Source: an uncultured Candidatus Saccharibacteria bacterium | Lineage (GTDB): Bacteria > Patescibacteriota > Minisyncoccia > Phycocordibacterales > UBA9973 | Direction of reading: 5' to 3' | DNA length: 64,000 nucleotides | Assembly: GCA_964361705.1 (NCBI GenBank) | Contig: CAYIBP010000003.1 | Location: 5,606 to 69,605, forward strand | In this document: positions 50,053 to 59,675 of the stretch, piece by piece | Position numbering within the stretch: position 1 is the first letter of the stretch | How the letters are laid out: the number at the start of each line of letters is the position of its first letter | The notes under the pieces: model-generated | Told to the model about the DNA's origin: nothing | Seen by the model: the letters and a program-made list of their open reading frames with translations, nothing else | Database searches by the model: none | Position numbers and translations under genes: made by a program

Positions 50053-50709
50053 TTAATCTATATCTATCCTGCCGGAAGAATACACCTTTATCGTGGAGCC
50101 AAGAGCGTTTGGCGATACCACATCTATGGCTACATATTCTATCTTACACGAAGGGCCAAGTGAAGGAGTGGCTTTTATATTGGCAAGCGAACTCGGTCTT
50201 TTAAAAGTAATGGTTATATTGTTTGTCGTAGCCGGACATCCCGTGCCAGAAATTCTAAGAGAAGAAATAAAATTACCTTTTGTGATGTCTATTTTATCAA
50301 GACATTCTTGATTGCAAGTGGAATTACCTATAGTGGGACCAGTATAAGAACCGTTGTTATCAAGATCCACAAAATATACAAATCTTTTGTTGTTATTATT
50401 ATCGAGATTGAAACGCAAACCATAAGAAGGTTTCCATGTTGTCCCTGCGGCCAGGTTTAGCTTGCCAGACATCGAAGATCTCTGTGCTTCTACGATTTGG
50501 AGAGCAATATCATTTGCTAATACCTTGACATCTACCCTGCCCTGAAACCCTCTGTAATCAAAAAGCACCACAGAAGTCATAACAGAAAAAATACTGAGCA
50601 CTATTATGAGTTCGACATAGGTCATGCCTGCTTTGAGGTTTTTAAATTTCCCAAGATGACAGCAACCTTGCCATTTGTTTCTTGTGTTTTTTATAGATGA
50701 TGTTTCCAT
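50053..50709 (-). CDS. minor pilin (FimT/FimU-like)
   Basis: AG|MTYVELIIV; C-terminal IKVYSSGRI. Confidence 0.82.
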   Translation of the reverse strand: METSSIKNTRNKWQGCCHLGKFKNLKAGMTYVELIIVLSIFSVMTSVVLFDYRGFQGRVDVKVLANDIALQIVEAQRSSMSGKLNLAAGTTWKPSYGLRFNLDNNNNKRFVYFVDLDNNGSYTGPTIGNSTCNQECLDKIDITKGNFISSLRISGTGCPATTNNITITFKRPSSLANIKATPSLGPSCKIEYVAIDVVSPNALGSTIKVYSSGRIDID

Positions 50710-50734
50710 ATACTGAAACTCTTTTCAATCAAAA

Positions 50735-51535
50735 TTAAAAGCCAGATGGCAAAGCACTAAATATTCCAGACTGAAGCATAAAAGCAATAAAAGCTCCAAG
50801 GGCTAAAAACGGCGCAAACGGTAACTCACTTTTTGCTTTGTATTTTTTAGAAAATAAAAGTAGTAAAATCCCAACGATCGCTCCTGACCAGAATGCCATA
50901 ACTGCGCCAGTGGCTATCTTTGCAAAGCCAATGACCCAACCTATACCGATGGCAAGCTTTGCATCTCCTAACCCCATCCATTCACCGCGTGACAGGAGCC
51001 AGAGTAAAGCAAAAGGCAACGCAAGCACAACTCCAGAAATAAACTCTGTGAGAGGCGGTATGTTCGGATCGAGGTGATATCCAGAAAAGAAAAACAGGCC
51101 CAAGAAAGCAAAAACCCCAAAGAACAAAACCAAGGAGTCGGGGATGATCTTGTGTCTTAAATCATACACCGCCATTACAAGAAGCAAAGAAAACATCGTC
51201 ACATAATATGCGTAAGATACAGAAAAATCCAAGGTACTCAAATAAAAAGTATCCTGAAACTTTAGAAACACTAAAGCAAACATGCCTCCAGTGACAAATT
51301 CAACTAAAGGATATTGCCAAGAAATTCGTGTCTTGCAATGTCTGCACCTCCCTTTCAAAAACAGAAAACTAAGCACGGGAATAAGCTCACGCCATCCGAG
51401 AATATGCCTGCAAGAAAGACAACCGCTCCGCCCGCCAAAAGTGCAATTAGTGTTGAACCTTAGTATCACCACATTCAAAAAGCTTCCAATAATCAATCCA
51501 AGGCCGAAAAAAATAATCGTGAGTAATAAAGTCAT
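50735..51535 (-). CDS. pilD: prepilin peptidase
   Basis: GSFLNVV, CxxC pairs, YDLRHKIIPD, MGLGDAKL, PFAPFL. Confidence 0.95.
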   Translation of the reverse strand: MTLLLTIIFFGLGLIIGSFLNVVILRFNTNCTFGGRSGCLSCRHILGWRELIPVLSFLFLKGRCRHCKTRISWQYPLVEFVTGGMFALVFLKFQDTFYLSTLDFSVSYAYYVTMFSLLLVMAVYDLRHKIIPDSLVLFFGVFAFLGLFFFSGYHLDPNIPPLTEFISGVVLALPFALLWLLSRGEWMGLGDAKLAIGIGWVIGFAKIATGAVMAFWSGAIVGILLLLFSKKYKAKSELPFAPFLALGAFIAFMLQSGIFSALPSGF

Positions 51536-51592
51536 ATTTAATAACTTTATTATAACAAATATAGAGCTTGAAGACCAACAGATACGTCCCGC

Positions 51593-54500
51593 CTACTGGT
51601 TAGTATTTACAGCATTTTTCAGCACCTCTTTGAATTTCAAGCCTTTTACATCCAAACTAGCATTTGCATCTACGGTAAACAATTTGCTTTTAGAAAACTT
51701 TGACATCACTGTATTGGAATCGGTAACATCGTTGCCCACTTGCCTATCTACATCCATCACCACATCTTCTGTCGGATCTATTTTCAAAGTATAGGCTAAA
51801 CCATCCGGCACGGAAATGAATTTCGTACTACCTATCTCTGTGTATCTGGTCTGTGGTATCTCTTGCTTCACTTTTCCGGTCGTAAAGTCTACACCAGTAT
51901 ATCTGCCTTTTGCATCCACTATACCCACCCTACCCTCAGTAAAGAGATGATAATGTATGCGTGGAGCAAATACGGTCGTAGGATAATGTTTGACCACCAC
52001 ATCTTCTGAATCAGAAAACGGAACACCTGTGATTTTTGATTTTATAAAATCACGCAGGTTAGAAACCTCCATTATGTCTTTGTGATTTCTCTCTACAGCA
52101 AACCAAGTATCATACTTGATCAGATCAACCCACCATTTTTCCACATTTAGATTTGAGTCTGACATCCACAACGCAGAGGAAGTAACTACAGTATTGTCCC
52201 CTTCGGAAATATATTTTGGTTTGTAAGTTACATCTTCTTGCCCGCTTTTTACAAATGTTTTGTACTCTATACCTGACACAGTCTCTTTACCCCAGCCCGC
52301 CAACTGCACGACTTTTGTACTTGATGAAGGTTGCCAAGAATCCAATACATTATGTACGGACTCCGCCTTTGGAAAAAGTATCGAATTGCCTTTTGCGGGC
52401 TTTTTCACTTCATCAAATAGAGGCTCTGCCCTGCCGTCGCCACCGAGCACATAATCTTTTAATTCTGAAAAATTATTCACTTGCAAACCATATTTTGAAA
52501 TCTGTGGATTAAACAATGCATGATTCTGAAAAGTCACGATCTGATCCGGAGCTATCACTGGATCATTAATGCTAAAATAACTCACCGAAGGCAAGAGATT
52601 GTAAGCTGTGGGCATATTTTTTGCCAGCCATCTATTTCTCTTTGCCGTCATCACGAAACCCACTGGACCCATAGACTCTCCATGCAACATATTGATCAGA
52701 GCTTGCGGAGTACCTATCTGAGGTACACCCACAAAGATTACCTGATCAATCTTGTCATATAGAGGATCGTTTGTTTCCTTTAGCTTTTGTATCAAAGCTT
52801 TGATAACCAAGCCGCCATTTGAATGACCTATGAGAGTGACCCTGCCAGTCCTAGATGTAGCCTGCAACTCTTTTAATTTTTTCAAAATAAAGGACTCGGA
52901 GAAGGTTTGATTATTGTTATAAAAAAGTTTTCCATTCACATTCAAGTCACCTTTTACGACAATATCCTCCAATGCCACGCGCCAGTCGTAAGGTATAAAA
53001 TGATAATCATTGATTGTGCCTTCTTTTTTCCAATCCTTCAAATCAAAAAGAAATGAATTGTAAATATTAAAACCCGAAATCTCATCCACGATACCTGTTT
53101 CCCTTTCATATCCATCGCTGATTTTCTGCGTATCATTCTTTGTGTAAACATTTGAATTTTTGCCATTTGTATTCAAAGTTAGCTTGGATTGCAAAGCGTC
53201 ATCAGCCGAAACCCATAGTTCTTTTTCACCATTAGATTCTTGCAAATACAACCGAGAACCCATTATTCCCGGGAAAAACATCACATTTGAAAAACAATTT
53301 ATTTTGCATATTTCCTTAGTAAGCCAAGGAGTAAAATTTACATTATCAGAAACCTTGTCACCTTTACCATTTGGATTCTTGGTCAGATGATAAGGTCCAG
53401 ATGAATCTCCCCAATAGTTATCTTTGGCATTTACCAGTACTTTTGAATAAACACCAGTTTGATGACCAAATATATCACTATTCGTTATATTCAGAGACCC
53501 ACGCTCTACATAAATACCATAAGATTGATTATTTTTTATCTGTGAAGAACTAATATTTAAAGAACCATAGTACTGTCTAATACCATACATTTCATTATCT
53601 TCGATAGAACTATTAACGAGAGACACATTGCCACCACTGTTATATATAACACCATTATTTGATCCACTATAGGAGTAATACCAACGACCTCCGTACTTCA
53701 TAGCAACATGAGAAAGCTGACTTACACTTTTATCTCCAAAAAATAAATGATTCCAGTCACCTGCGCTAGGAGCGATATCACTTTGATCATTATTTGTATC
53801 GCCACCTACAGTATCATCATTAATAGATGTAAAATATACTTTCTGCTCATTGGTACCATTAATTATCAGGTTACCTTTAACACTCACACTCATGTTTCTT
53901 TTAAACTTTACAATAACTCCAGGATCAATATTCAGAGTTACACCCAAAGGAACAGAAAAAACATAATCGGATGAATTGTAATTCGTTGTACCAGAACCAT
54001 TAATAATATAGGGCATATTATCCTTGGTCCATGTTTGATTTTGAGATAATTTACCAGATATATAAATACCATCCGACTTAGTGGAAGTGTTACCGGAATG
54101 TAAGAAATTACGAACACCATTTAAGTTTATATATATTCCTCCATCAAAAACATTATTTGTTAGTGTAATTAAATCTTCAATTTTATTCTGTCCACCTCCA
54201 CCGTAAAAACCCCAATAATCTCGAAGAACTGTTCCTGAAATATTCGTGGTGCCAGCATAGGTCTTCACCCCATAAAGCACATTATTCTCAACCAAACTGT
54301 CTGTCACAGAAATATTACCACCGTGATTAGAAATAGATCCAACAGTCTCAGCATAATAGCTATAGTAATAACTACCTCCATATCTGATAACAGTATTATT
54401 AAATACACCCGTACTCCCTTGATGAAAAAGAATATTTGCCCAATCTCCTACTTGTGGTGCGGTATCCAAACCGTCATTGTTTGTGTCACCACCTATAGTA

Positions 54501-54850
54501 TCATCATTATAAGAAGTAAAATATACCTTCTGTTCTGAAGTGCCATTTACTCTTAAATTACCATTTATGGAAATACCATATTTACCAAAAATCTTAACAA
54601 TTACACCGGGCTCAATCGTCAAAGTCACGCCAGACGAGACAAGCGGAACATGAGTAAAACCTCGCAATATATCATAGCTATAAATAACATAAGGGCTGTT
54701 TTCTAGCGTCCATGTCGTATCAGTATCGATTGGCGCAGAGATAGTTGTGCTGGCATCTGCATAATTTATATTCCAGAGAAAAAGAAAACTGAAAAATAAA
54801 ACCATCAACGCAAGTTTAATCTCGTTTTTTAAAAAAGTCATAATAGTCAA
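51593..54850 (-). CDS. secreted protein with parallel beta-helix repeats and an LCAT/lipase-like alpha/beta hydrolase
   Basis: Signal peptide, duplicated VYFTS.NDDT.GGDTNND module, FPGIMGS, YDWR, GHSNGG, GDNTV, NHKDI. Confidence 0.8.
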   Translation of the reverse strand: MTIMTFLKNEIKLALMVLFFSFLFLWNINYADASTTISAPIDTDTTWTLENSPYVIYSYDILRGFTHVPLVSSGVTLTIEPGVIVKIFGKYGISINGNLRVNGTSEQKVYFTSYNDDTIGGDTNNDGLDTAPQVGDWANILFHQGSTGVFNNTVIRYGGSYYYSYYAETVGSISNHGGNISVTDSLVENNVLYGVKTYAGTTNISGTVLRDYWGFYGGGGQNKIEDLITLTNNVFDGGIYINLNGVRNFLHSGNTSTKSDGIYISGKLSQNQTWTKDNMPYIINGSGTTNYNSSDYVFSVPLGVTLNIDPGVIVKFKRNMSVSVKGNLIINGTNEQKVYFTSINDDTVGGDTNNDQSDIAPSAGDWNHLFFGDKSVSQLSHVAMKYGGRWYYSYSGSNNGVIYNSGGNVSLVNSSIEDNEMYGIRQYYGSLNISSSQIKNNQSYGIYVERGSLNITNSDIFGHQTGVYSKVLVNAKDNYWGDSSGPYHLTKNPNGKGDKVSDNVNFTPWLTKEICKINCFSNVMFFPGIMGSRLYLQESNGEKELWVSADDALQSKLTLNTNGKNSNVYTKNDTQKISDGYERETGIVDEISGFNIYNSFLFDLKDWKKEGTINDYHFIPYDWRVALEDIVVKGDLNVNGKLFYNNNQTFSESFILKKLKELQATSRTGRVTLIGHSNGGLVIKALIQKLKETNDPLYDKIDQVIFVGVPQIGTPQALINMLHGESMGPVGFVMTAKRNRWLAKNMPTAYNLLPSVSYFSINDPVIAPDQIVTFQNHALFNPQISKYGLQVNNFSELKDYVLGGDGRAEPLFDEVKKPAKGNSILFPKAESVHNVLDSWQPSSSTKVVQLAGWGKETVSGIEYKTFVKSGQEDVTYKPKYISEGDNTVVTSSALWMSDSNLNVEKWWVDLIKYDTWFAVERNHKDIMEVSNLRDFIKSKITGVPFSDSEDVVVKHYPTTVFAPRIHYHLFTEGRVGIVDAKGRYTGVDFTTGKVKQEIPQTRYTEIGSTKFISVPDGLAYTLKIDPTEDVVMDVDRQVGNDVTDSNTVMSKFSKSKLFTVDANASLDVKGLKFKEVLKNAVNTNQ

Positions 54851-54895
54851 TATTATACAATAATTAGAGAAAAGTCAAATTTTATATTTGGTCTT

Positions 54896-55378
54896 CTATA
54901 ACGAGTTCACAGCAAGACTACAATCCATTCCAGAAACCAGACTTGCAAAAGCTATCTTTTTCGAATTTCCGTGATTATCAACACACCAAGCATTTGAAGA
55001 ATCGGACTTTAATGGTATTGCTAAAACATAATTATTACCATTTGCTTGACATTTTGCATCCAATCCGCCATTTGCGTCTATCGCAGCCTCAATTTGTTCT
55101 TGAACAGTAGCATCATTAAAGACATTTGTTGCTGGGGTAACAGCTATTATAGTTCCACAATTAGTTATAAAAGACCGATTACCATAACTGCCCGATAAAT
55201 TACCATAAATAATTTCTGCTTGTGTTTTTAAATTCGCTAAATTAGATTGAATACTGGCATCACTTCCACTTTTCTTTGCGCTATTTAGCGACCCTAAAAC
55301 CACAGACGCCAATATACCAATAATGGCGACAACTACCAAGAGTTCAATCAATGTAAAACCTTTCTTTAGATTCTTCAT
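54896..55378 (-). CDS. type IV pilin, second copy
   Basis: MKNLKKG|FTLIELLVVVAIIGILASVV; start at ATG 55378. Confidence 0.9.
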   Translation of the reverse strand: MKNLKKGFTLIELLVVVAIIGILASVVLGSLNSAKKSGSDASIQSNLANLKTQAEIIYGNLSGSYGNRSFITNCGTIIAVTPATNVFNDATVQEQIEAAIDANGGLDAKCQANGNNYVLAIPLKSDSSNAWCVDNHGNSKKIAFASLVSGMDCSLAVNSL

Positions 55379-55435
55379 AAAAATTTTAAGTAAAAAATAC
55401 TTTCTAATTAATGAAGAAATTATACCAAATACAAA

Positions 55436-55470
55436 AAACAAAAACCACCCTATAGAGATGGTTTTTGTAA
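55436..55470 (-). terminator. stem-loop between the two pilin genes
   Basis: AAAACCA...TGGTTTT inverted repeat followed by T runs on the minus strand. Confidence 0.5.
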
Positions 55471-55496
55471 GAAACACTGTAAACAAAGAGTAGTAA

Positions 55497-55976
55497 CTAT
55501 GAAGCTGGACAAGCAGCTGATGAGCCAGCAAGAACACTTACTCTACCTGCAGAAGTCCCAAGACTATCCACGCACCAATATAAATTACCATTATCTGCGG
55601 CTTTTAGAGGAACTGATATAGCCCAAGCTGATGATGTTGCATGACAGTTTGAAGTTGTTGCTGTTTGTGCCGTTGCGTACGTAAGAACTATACCACCACT
55701 AACACCACTAGCCGAATGCGCTGCTGTAAGAGCTTTTGAAATCGTTCCATCCTGTACACCATTACAAACAGTATCATAACTATTTGGATTTGCTCCATCA
55801 TAGACTATCTCTGCTTGAGCGCGAATATTTGCAAGATTTGCCTTTATCGCGGCATTATTACCTTTACTTCTCGCTGTATTCAAAGACCCCAAGACTACAG
55901 ACGCCAAGATACCGATGATGGCGACGACGACCAAGAGTTCAATTAATGTAAAACCTTTTTTAAGATTATTCTTCAT
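55497..55976 (-). CDS. pilA: type IV major pilin candidate
   Basis: KG|FTLIELLVVVAIIGILASVV; four Cys; own promoter and downstream hairpin. Confidence 0.85.
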   Translation of the reverse strand: MKNNLKKGFTLIELLVVVAIIGILASVVLGSLNTARSKGNNAAIKANLANIRAQAEIVYDGANPNSYDTVCNGVQDGTISKALTAAHSASGVSGGIVLTYATAQTATTSNCHATSSAWAISVPLKAADNGNLYWCVDSLGTSAGRVSVLAGSSAACPAS

Positions 55977-56037
55977 AATTTATTTTATAAAAGTTAATAA
56001 ATACTTTAACGAAATTTCGACTCGTTTTAATATATGT

Positions 56038-56081
56038 ATTATAACTTCTATTATGAAGAGGTTGCAACAAGGTTATCCACA
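56038..56081 (-). promoter_or_regulatory. DnaA box plus pilin promoter
   Basis: TTATCCACA 56073-56081; minus-strand TTGCAA, 18-nt spacer, TATAAT. Confidence 0.6.
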
Positions 56082-56145
56082 CCAAAATTTTGGCGTTTAA
56101 AAAAATATGAGAAAAATTATGTTAAGAAAAAGTTTTTATGCGATA

Positions 56146-57243
56146 TTATTCACCCACAAAGGTAAAATGAGCTCCCTCGGGCGACCATTTGCCGGCCGCG
56201 TCCGCATTGTCCCAAAGTCTTATTACCCATTCATACTCAACGCCAGATTTCAAAGCAGGACCACTATATTCTACTGGTATTATCAATCTTTGTCCGCTAA
56301 AGGTCTCCATGATAGGATAGCCCGGTACTTCTTTTACACCAGAGTCCCATTGGCTTTTATCTCCACCCTTGATTATCAAACGATACTTTTTGACCATATC
56401 TCCTGTATCAGGATCGTTGAAAATTACAGAGAATTCAGGAGTTGGATCAGTCACTTCTTTTGGATTTATTTTATCTTCCACTAGAGGCTCTGTAGGAAAA
56501 GTCGGGGCGTTATTATTCACATTATCAAGGACAGCAGAGACAGTTTTTGAACTCATATTGCCGGCGTTGTCCTTTGCTTCAATATGCAAATAGAAAACTC
56601 CATTACCTTCCGATACGGTCGTATAGCAATATTTTCTGCTAAAAGCCCCCGTTGGCTTACCTATCGGATTTTGATCAACGATAAATCTATAAGTAGAATC
56701 ATCATCTGGGGAAGCACACCAATTCCAATATTTTGTCTTCTTGGCTACTGTATCGTCCACTAAGTCTGGATCACTTAAATCTGGCGGAGTCGTATCTGCC
56801 ACCGAATTTACTAATAAACCGTTCACAAGAGTAAAGGCAAAACTGCTGTGTGTTTGCTTGCAATCATTTCCTCCATAAGCTTTAAAGACCACAGCGTAAG
56901 TGCCGTTGGCTCCTGGAGCTTTCATCTGAAAAGATTCAGTGCCGGTGGTGCCTGCCTTGTGGTTTGCGGTGTCTACACACACCCAAGGAGCTTTACCTAT
57001 TTTATACATAGTAGAAGCCCAGTTACCAAGGTTCTTTGACTCTACGGTAACGCTCGCATTCACCATTTCACTCTTCTTTACAGATGCGCTGCTGACACCA
57101 TTAAGTGTAGCACTTATAATATCTCTCGCTGCAGAAACTTGCGAAAAAGGCACAAAAAAAGCGCTAACTAGGAGCGCGATCATGGCAACATTACCAAGTA
57201 CATATTTAATGAAAACCCTATAATATAAAAATCGTTTTTTCAT
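56146..57243 (-). CDS. secreted or surface protein with Ig/FN3-like beta-sandwich domains
   Basis: Signal-like N-terminus; beta-rich modules (AKDNAGN; YSGPALKSGVEYEWVIRLWD...GKWS). Confidence 0.7.
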   Translation of the reverse strand: MKKRFLYYRVFIKYVLGNVAMIALLVSAFFVPFSQVSAARDIISATLNGVSSASVKKSEMVNASVTVESKNLGNWASTMYKIGKAPWVCVDTANHKAGTTGTESFQMKAPGANGTYAVVFKAYGGNDCKQTHSSFAFTLVNGLLVNSVADTTPPDLSDPDLVDDTVAKKTKYWNWCASPDDDSTYRFIVDQNPIGKPTGAFSRKYCYTTVSEGNGVFYLHIEAKDNAGNMSSKTVSAVLDNVNNNAPTFPTEPLVEDKINPKEVTDPTPEFSVIFNDPDTGDMVKKYRLIIKGGDKSQWDSGVKEVPGYPIMETFSGQRLIIPVEYSGPALKSGVEYEWVIRLWDNADAAGKWSPEGAHFTFVGE

Positions 57244-57304
57244 AGGCTTTATTAATTTGTTAAAACCCTATTAATGCCATTATTAGACTCTATAAGACTA
57301 ATAC

Positions 57305-57327
57305 TGTCAAAGATTGACTGTGGATAA
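57305..57327 (-). promoter_or_regulatory. DnaA box plus -35 element
   Basis: TTATCCACA (57327-57319) 8 nt upstream of TTGACA (57310-57305). Confidence 0.55.
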
Positions 57328-57330
57328 CTT

Positions 57331-58539
57331 TTATTGTATTCCGCCTGTCAAATTATATATAGGAATGAGTACAGACACCAAAAGTACACCGACTCCCAGA
57401 CCTAAGACCACTATCATGACCGGCTCTATGAGTCCAACCAGAGTATCTATGGCATCATCAACTTCTCTTTTATAGAAATCAGTAAGGGTTTTCAATATTT
57501 GACCAAGCGAACCTGTCTCCTCACCTATCTTTATCATTTGAGTCATTATGCTAGGAACATAATCCTTGTGTCTTTCAAACGTTGCAGAAAAAGCAAGGCC
57601 GGACTTCACGCCGTCTTGAACATCTTGCATTATTTTTTTGTATATCTGACTGTCCACTACCTCGGATGTGATCTCTATAGCTCGGACAATAGGCACACCA
57701 GAAGTTAACATTGTATCCATATTGTCGGCTATGCGAGAAAGGTAGAATTTTTTGTAAAGATTCCCGACTGCAGGCGTAGAAAGACGCATCTTGTCCAGAT
57801 ATATCCTACCCTTTTCAGTAACAGAAAGTCTCCAAAGCCATATGCCCAAAAGTATAAAGAAAATAATTACTAGGAAACCATAATCAACAAAAAAATTCGA
57901 AAGAGCAATGACAAATTTGGTGTACAAAGGCGGTTCTTGTCCTGAATCAAGTATTATAGCTGAAAGCTTTGGTATCACCACCACAAACATCAGAGCCATC
58001 ACCACAAAAAAAGTGAAAATAACAAAGACGGGATAAATCAAAGCATTCTTGGTCTTTGAAGTCAGAGCATATTGGCGATTTAAATAATTTGCCAGATGAT
58101 CAAAAGTTTCATTGAGTTTACCTGTTTCTTCTCCGACACGAACCATATTCACATAAAAATTTGAAAAGATATCAGAATGTTTTGCTAAAGCACCAGAAAT
58201 AGAAAATCCGGCTTGCAGATCATCTGCTATCTCTGTCAATTTCTTGCTTAAAGTTTTATTTTCAGTGTTCGTGGCAAGTATGGTAAAAGCCTTTAAAGCA
58301 GAAACCTGCGCTTCAAAGAGAGTTGATATCTGACGAGAAAGAATCACTACTTCTTTTGGAGAAACTCTCTTCTCAAGAGAAAACGATAGAAAAGATTTTC
58401 TCTTTCCTTCCTCAACAATAGAAACGATTATCAAACCGCGCCTCTGCAAACCATTGATGGCCATATCGCGACTCTGCGCGTCTATCTCGCCTTCTTTGTT
58501 TAGTCCCCTTTCATCTACCGCTTTGTATTTAAATAGCAT
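57331..58539 (-). CDS. pilC: type IV pilus platform protein (PilC/GspF)
   Basis: GEETGKL, ALIYP, second GEETGSL, LIEP. Confidence 0.95.
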   Translation of the reverse strand: MLFKYKAVDERGLNKEGEIDAQSRDMAINGLQRRGLIIVSIVEEGKRKSFLSFSLEKRVSPKEVVILSRQISTLFEAQVSALKAFTILATNTENKTLSKKLTEIADDLQAGFSISGALAKHSDIFSNFYVNMVRVGEETGKLNETFDHLANYLNRQYALTSKTKNALIYPVFVIFTFFVVMALMFVVVIPKLSAIILDSGQEPPLYTKFVIALSNFFVDYGFLVIIFFILLGIWLWRLSVTEKGRIYLDKMRLSTPAVGNLYKKFYLSRIADNMDTMLTSGVPIVRAIEITSEVVDSQIYKKIMQDVQDGVKSGLAFSATFERHKDYVPSIMTQMIKIGEETGSLGQILKTLTDFYKREVDDAIDTLVGLIEPVMIVVLGLGVGVLLVSVLIPIYNLTGGIQ

Positions 58540-58545
58540 GGAAAA

Positions 58546-59604
58546 TTAAATCATTCGCTCAAGACCTTTAGGATTAAATGAATACAAATAAGCATTCTCT
58601 ATTGTTATTTCTCCGGCACGTACAAGCTCGATCAAAGAGTGGTTCAAATCTATCATGCCGGATTCTGAACCAGTCTCTATAACTACATTGATCTCTTGTG
58701 TTCTTTTTTCGCGAATCAAGTTTGCAACAGCGTTGTTGTTCAAAAGCAACTCGCAAGCAGGCACGAGGCCTCCAGCGATTCTGGGAATAAGTCTTTGTGA
58801 TAATATTCCGAGTAAACTTCCCGCGAGCTGTATGCGTATTTGGTCTTGTTGTTCTCCCGGGAATGAATCAATGATGCGGTCTATAGTTTGCGCGGCATTG
58901 TTGGTATGCAGAGTAGAAAGCACGAGGTGTCCTGTCTCTGCCGCAGTCACAGCAGTAGAAATGGTTTCGGTATTTCTCATCTCGCCTACCATTATTATAT
59001 TCACATCTTCGCGAAAGACGGATTTGAGCGCGGTGTGAAAATCTTTGGTATCAATGCCGACTTCACGCTGATTGATGATGGATTTATTTGGAGTAAACAT
59101 ATATTCGATAGGATCTTCGATGGTCACTATATGGCGAGCTTGTTCACTATTGATCAGGTTTACCATAGCCGAAAGCGTGGTGGATTTGCCTTGACCTACC
59201 GGCCCCACTACCAAAAAGAAACCTTGTTTCTTACGAGCAATATCTGCAAGGACAGCAGGCAAATGTAGATCAGTCAAAGTCTTTACTTTTGGCACCAAGC
59301 GAAATGCCACGCTGATCAGATTTTTCTGAAAAAAAGCATTACCCCTTAAACGCATTTCCCCACGAAAGTCGTAGGAAAAATCAACTTCTTTATCTTTAAA
59401 AAATTTTTCAAGTTTTTTCTCATCTAAAACCTCACTCAAAATACCAACCACATCTTCTTTGGACATTTCGGGATGTTTAGCAAGAAAAATAAGCTCGCCC
59501 GCTACGCGTATAGCCGGTACTTTCAAAGCACCTATGTGCAAATCCGAAGCGCCTTCGCGCATGAGCGTCAAAATAAGTTCTTCAAATTCTTTTTTATAAT
59601 CCAT
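58546..59604 (-). CDS. pilT: pilus retraction ATPase
   Basis: ASDLH, GPVGQGKSTT, TIEDPIE, AAETGHLV, AVANLIRE. Confidence 0.95.
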   Translation of the reverse strand: MDYKKEFEELILTLMREGASDLHIGALKVPAIRVAGELIFLAKHPEMSKEDVVGILSEVLDEKKLEKFFKDKEVDFSYDFRGEMRLRGNAFFQKNLISVAFRLVPKVKTLTDLHLPAVLADIARKKQGFFLVVGPVGQGKSTTLSAMVNLINSEQARHIVTIEDPIEYMFTPNKSIINQREVGIDTKDFHTALKSVFREDVNIIMVGEMRNTETISTAVTAAETGHLVLSTLHTNNAAQTIDRIIDSFPGEQQDQIRIQLAGSLLGILSQRLIPRIAGGLVPACELLLNNNAVANLIREKRTQEINVVIETGSESGMIDLNHSLIELVRAGEITIENAYLYSFNPKGLERMI

Positions 59605-59675
59605 ATTACAAGTATATTACAAAAGAACGACAAGAAAAAGAGGGCACTCTGAAATTTGTGGACAACCGCGTGAAG

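Noticed and set aside
55379-55537. Hydrophobic N-terminal extension of the 213-aa pilin ORF
   Set aside because: Overlaps the upstream pilin and its terminator; the class III signal begins at ATG 55378
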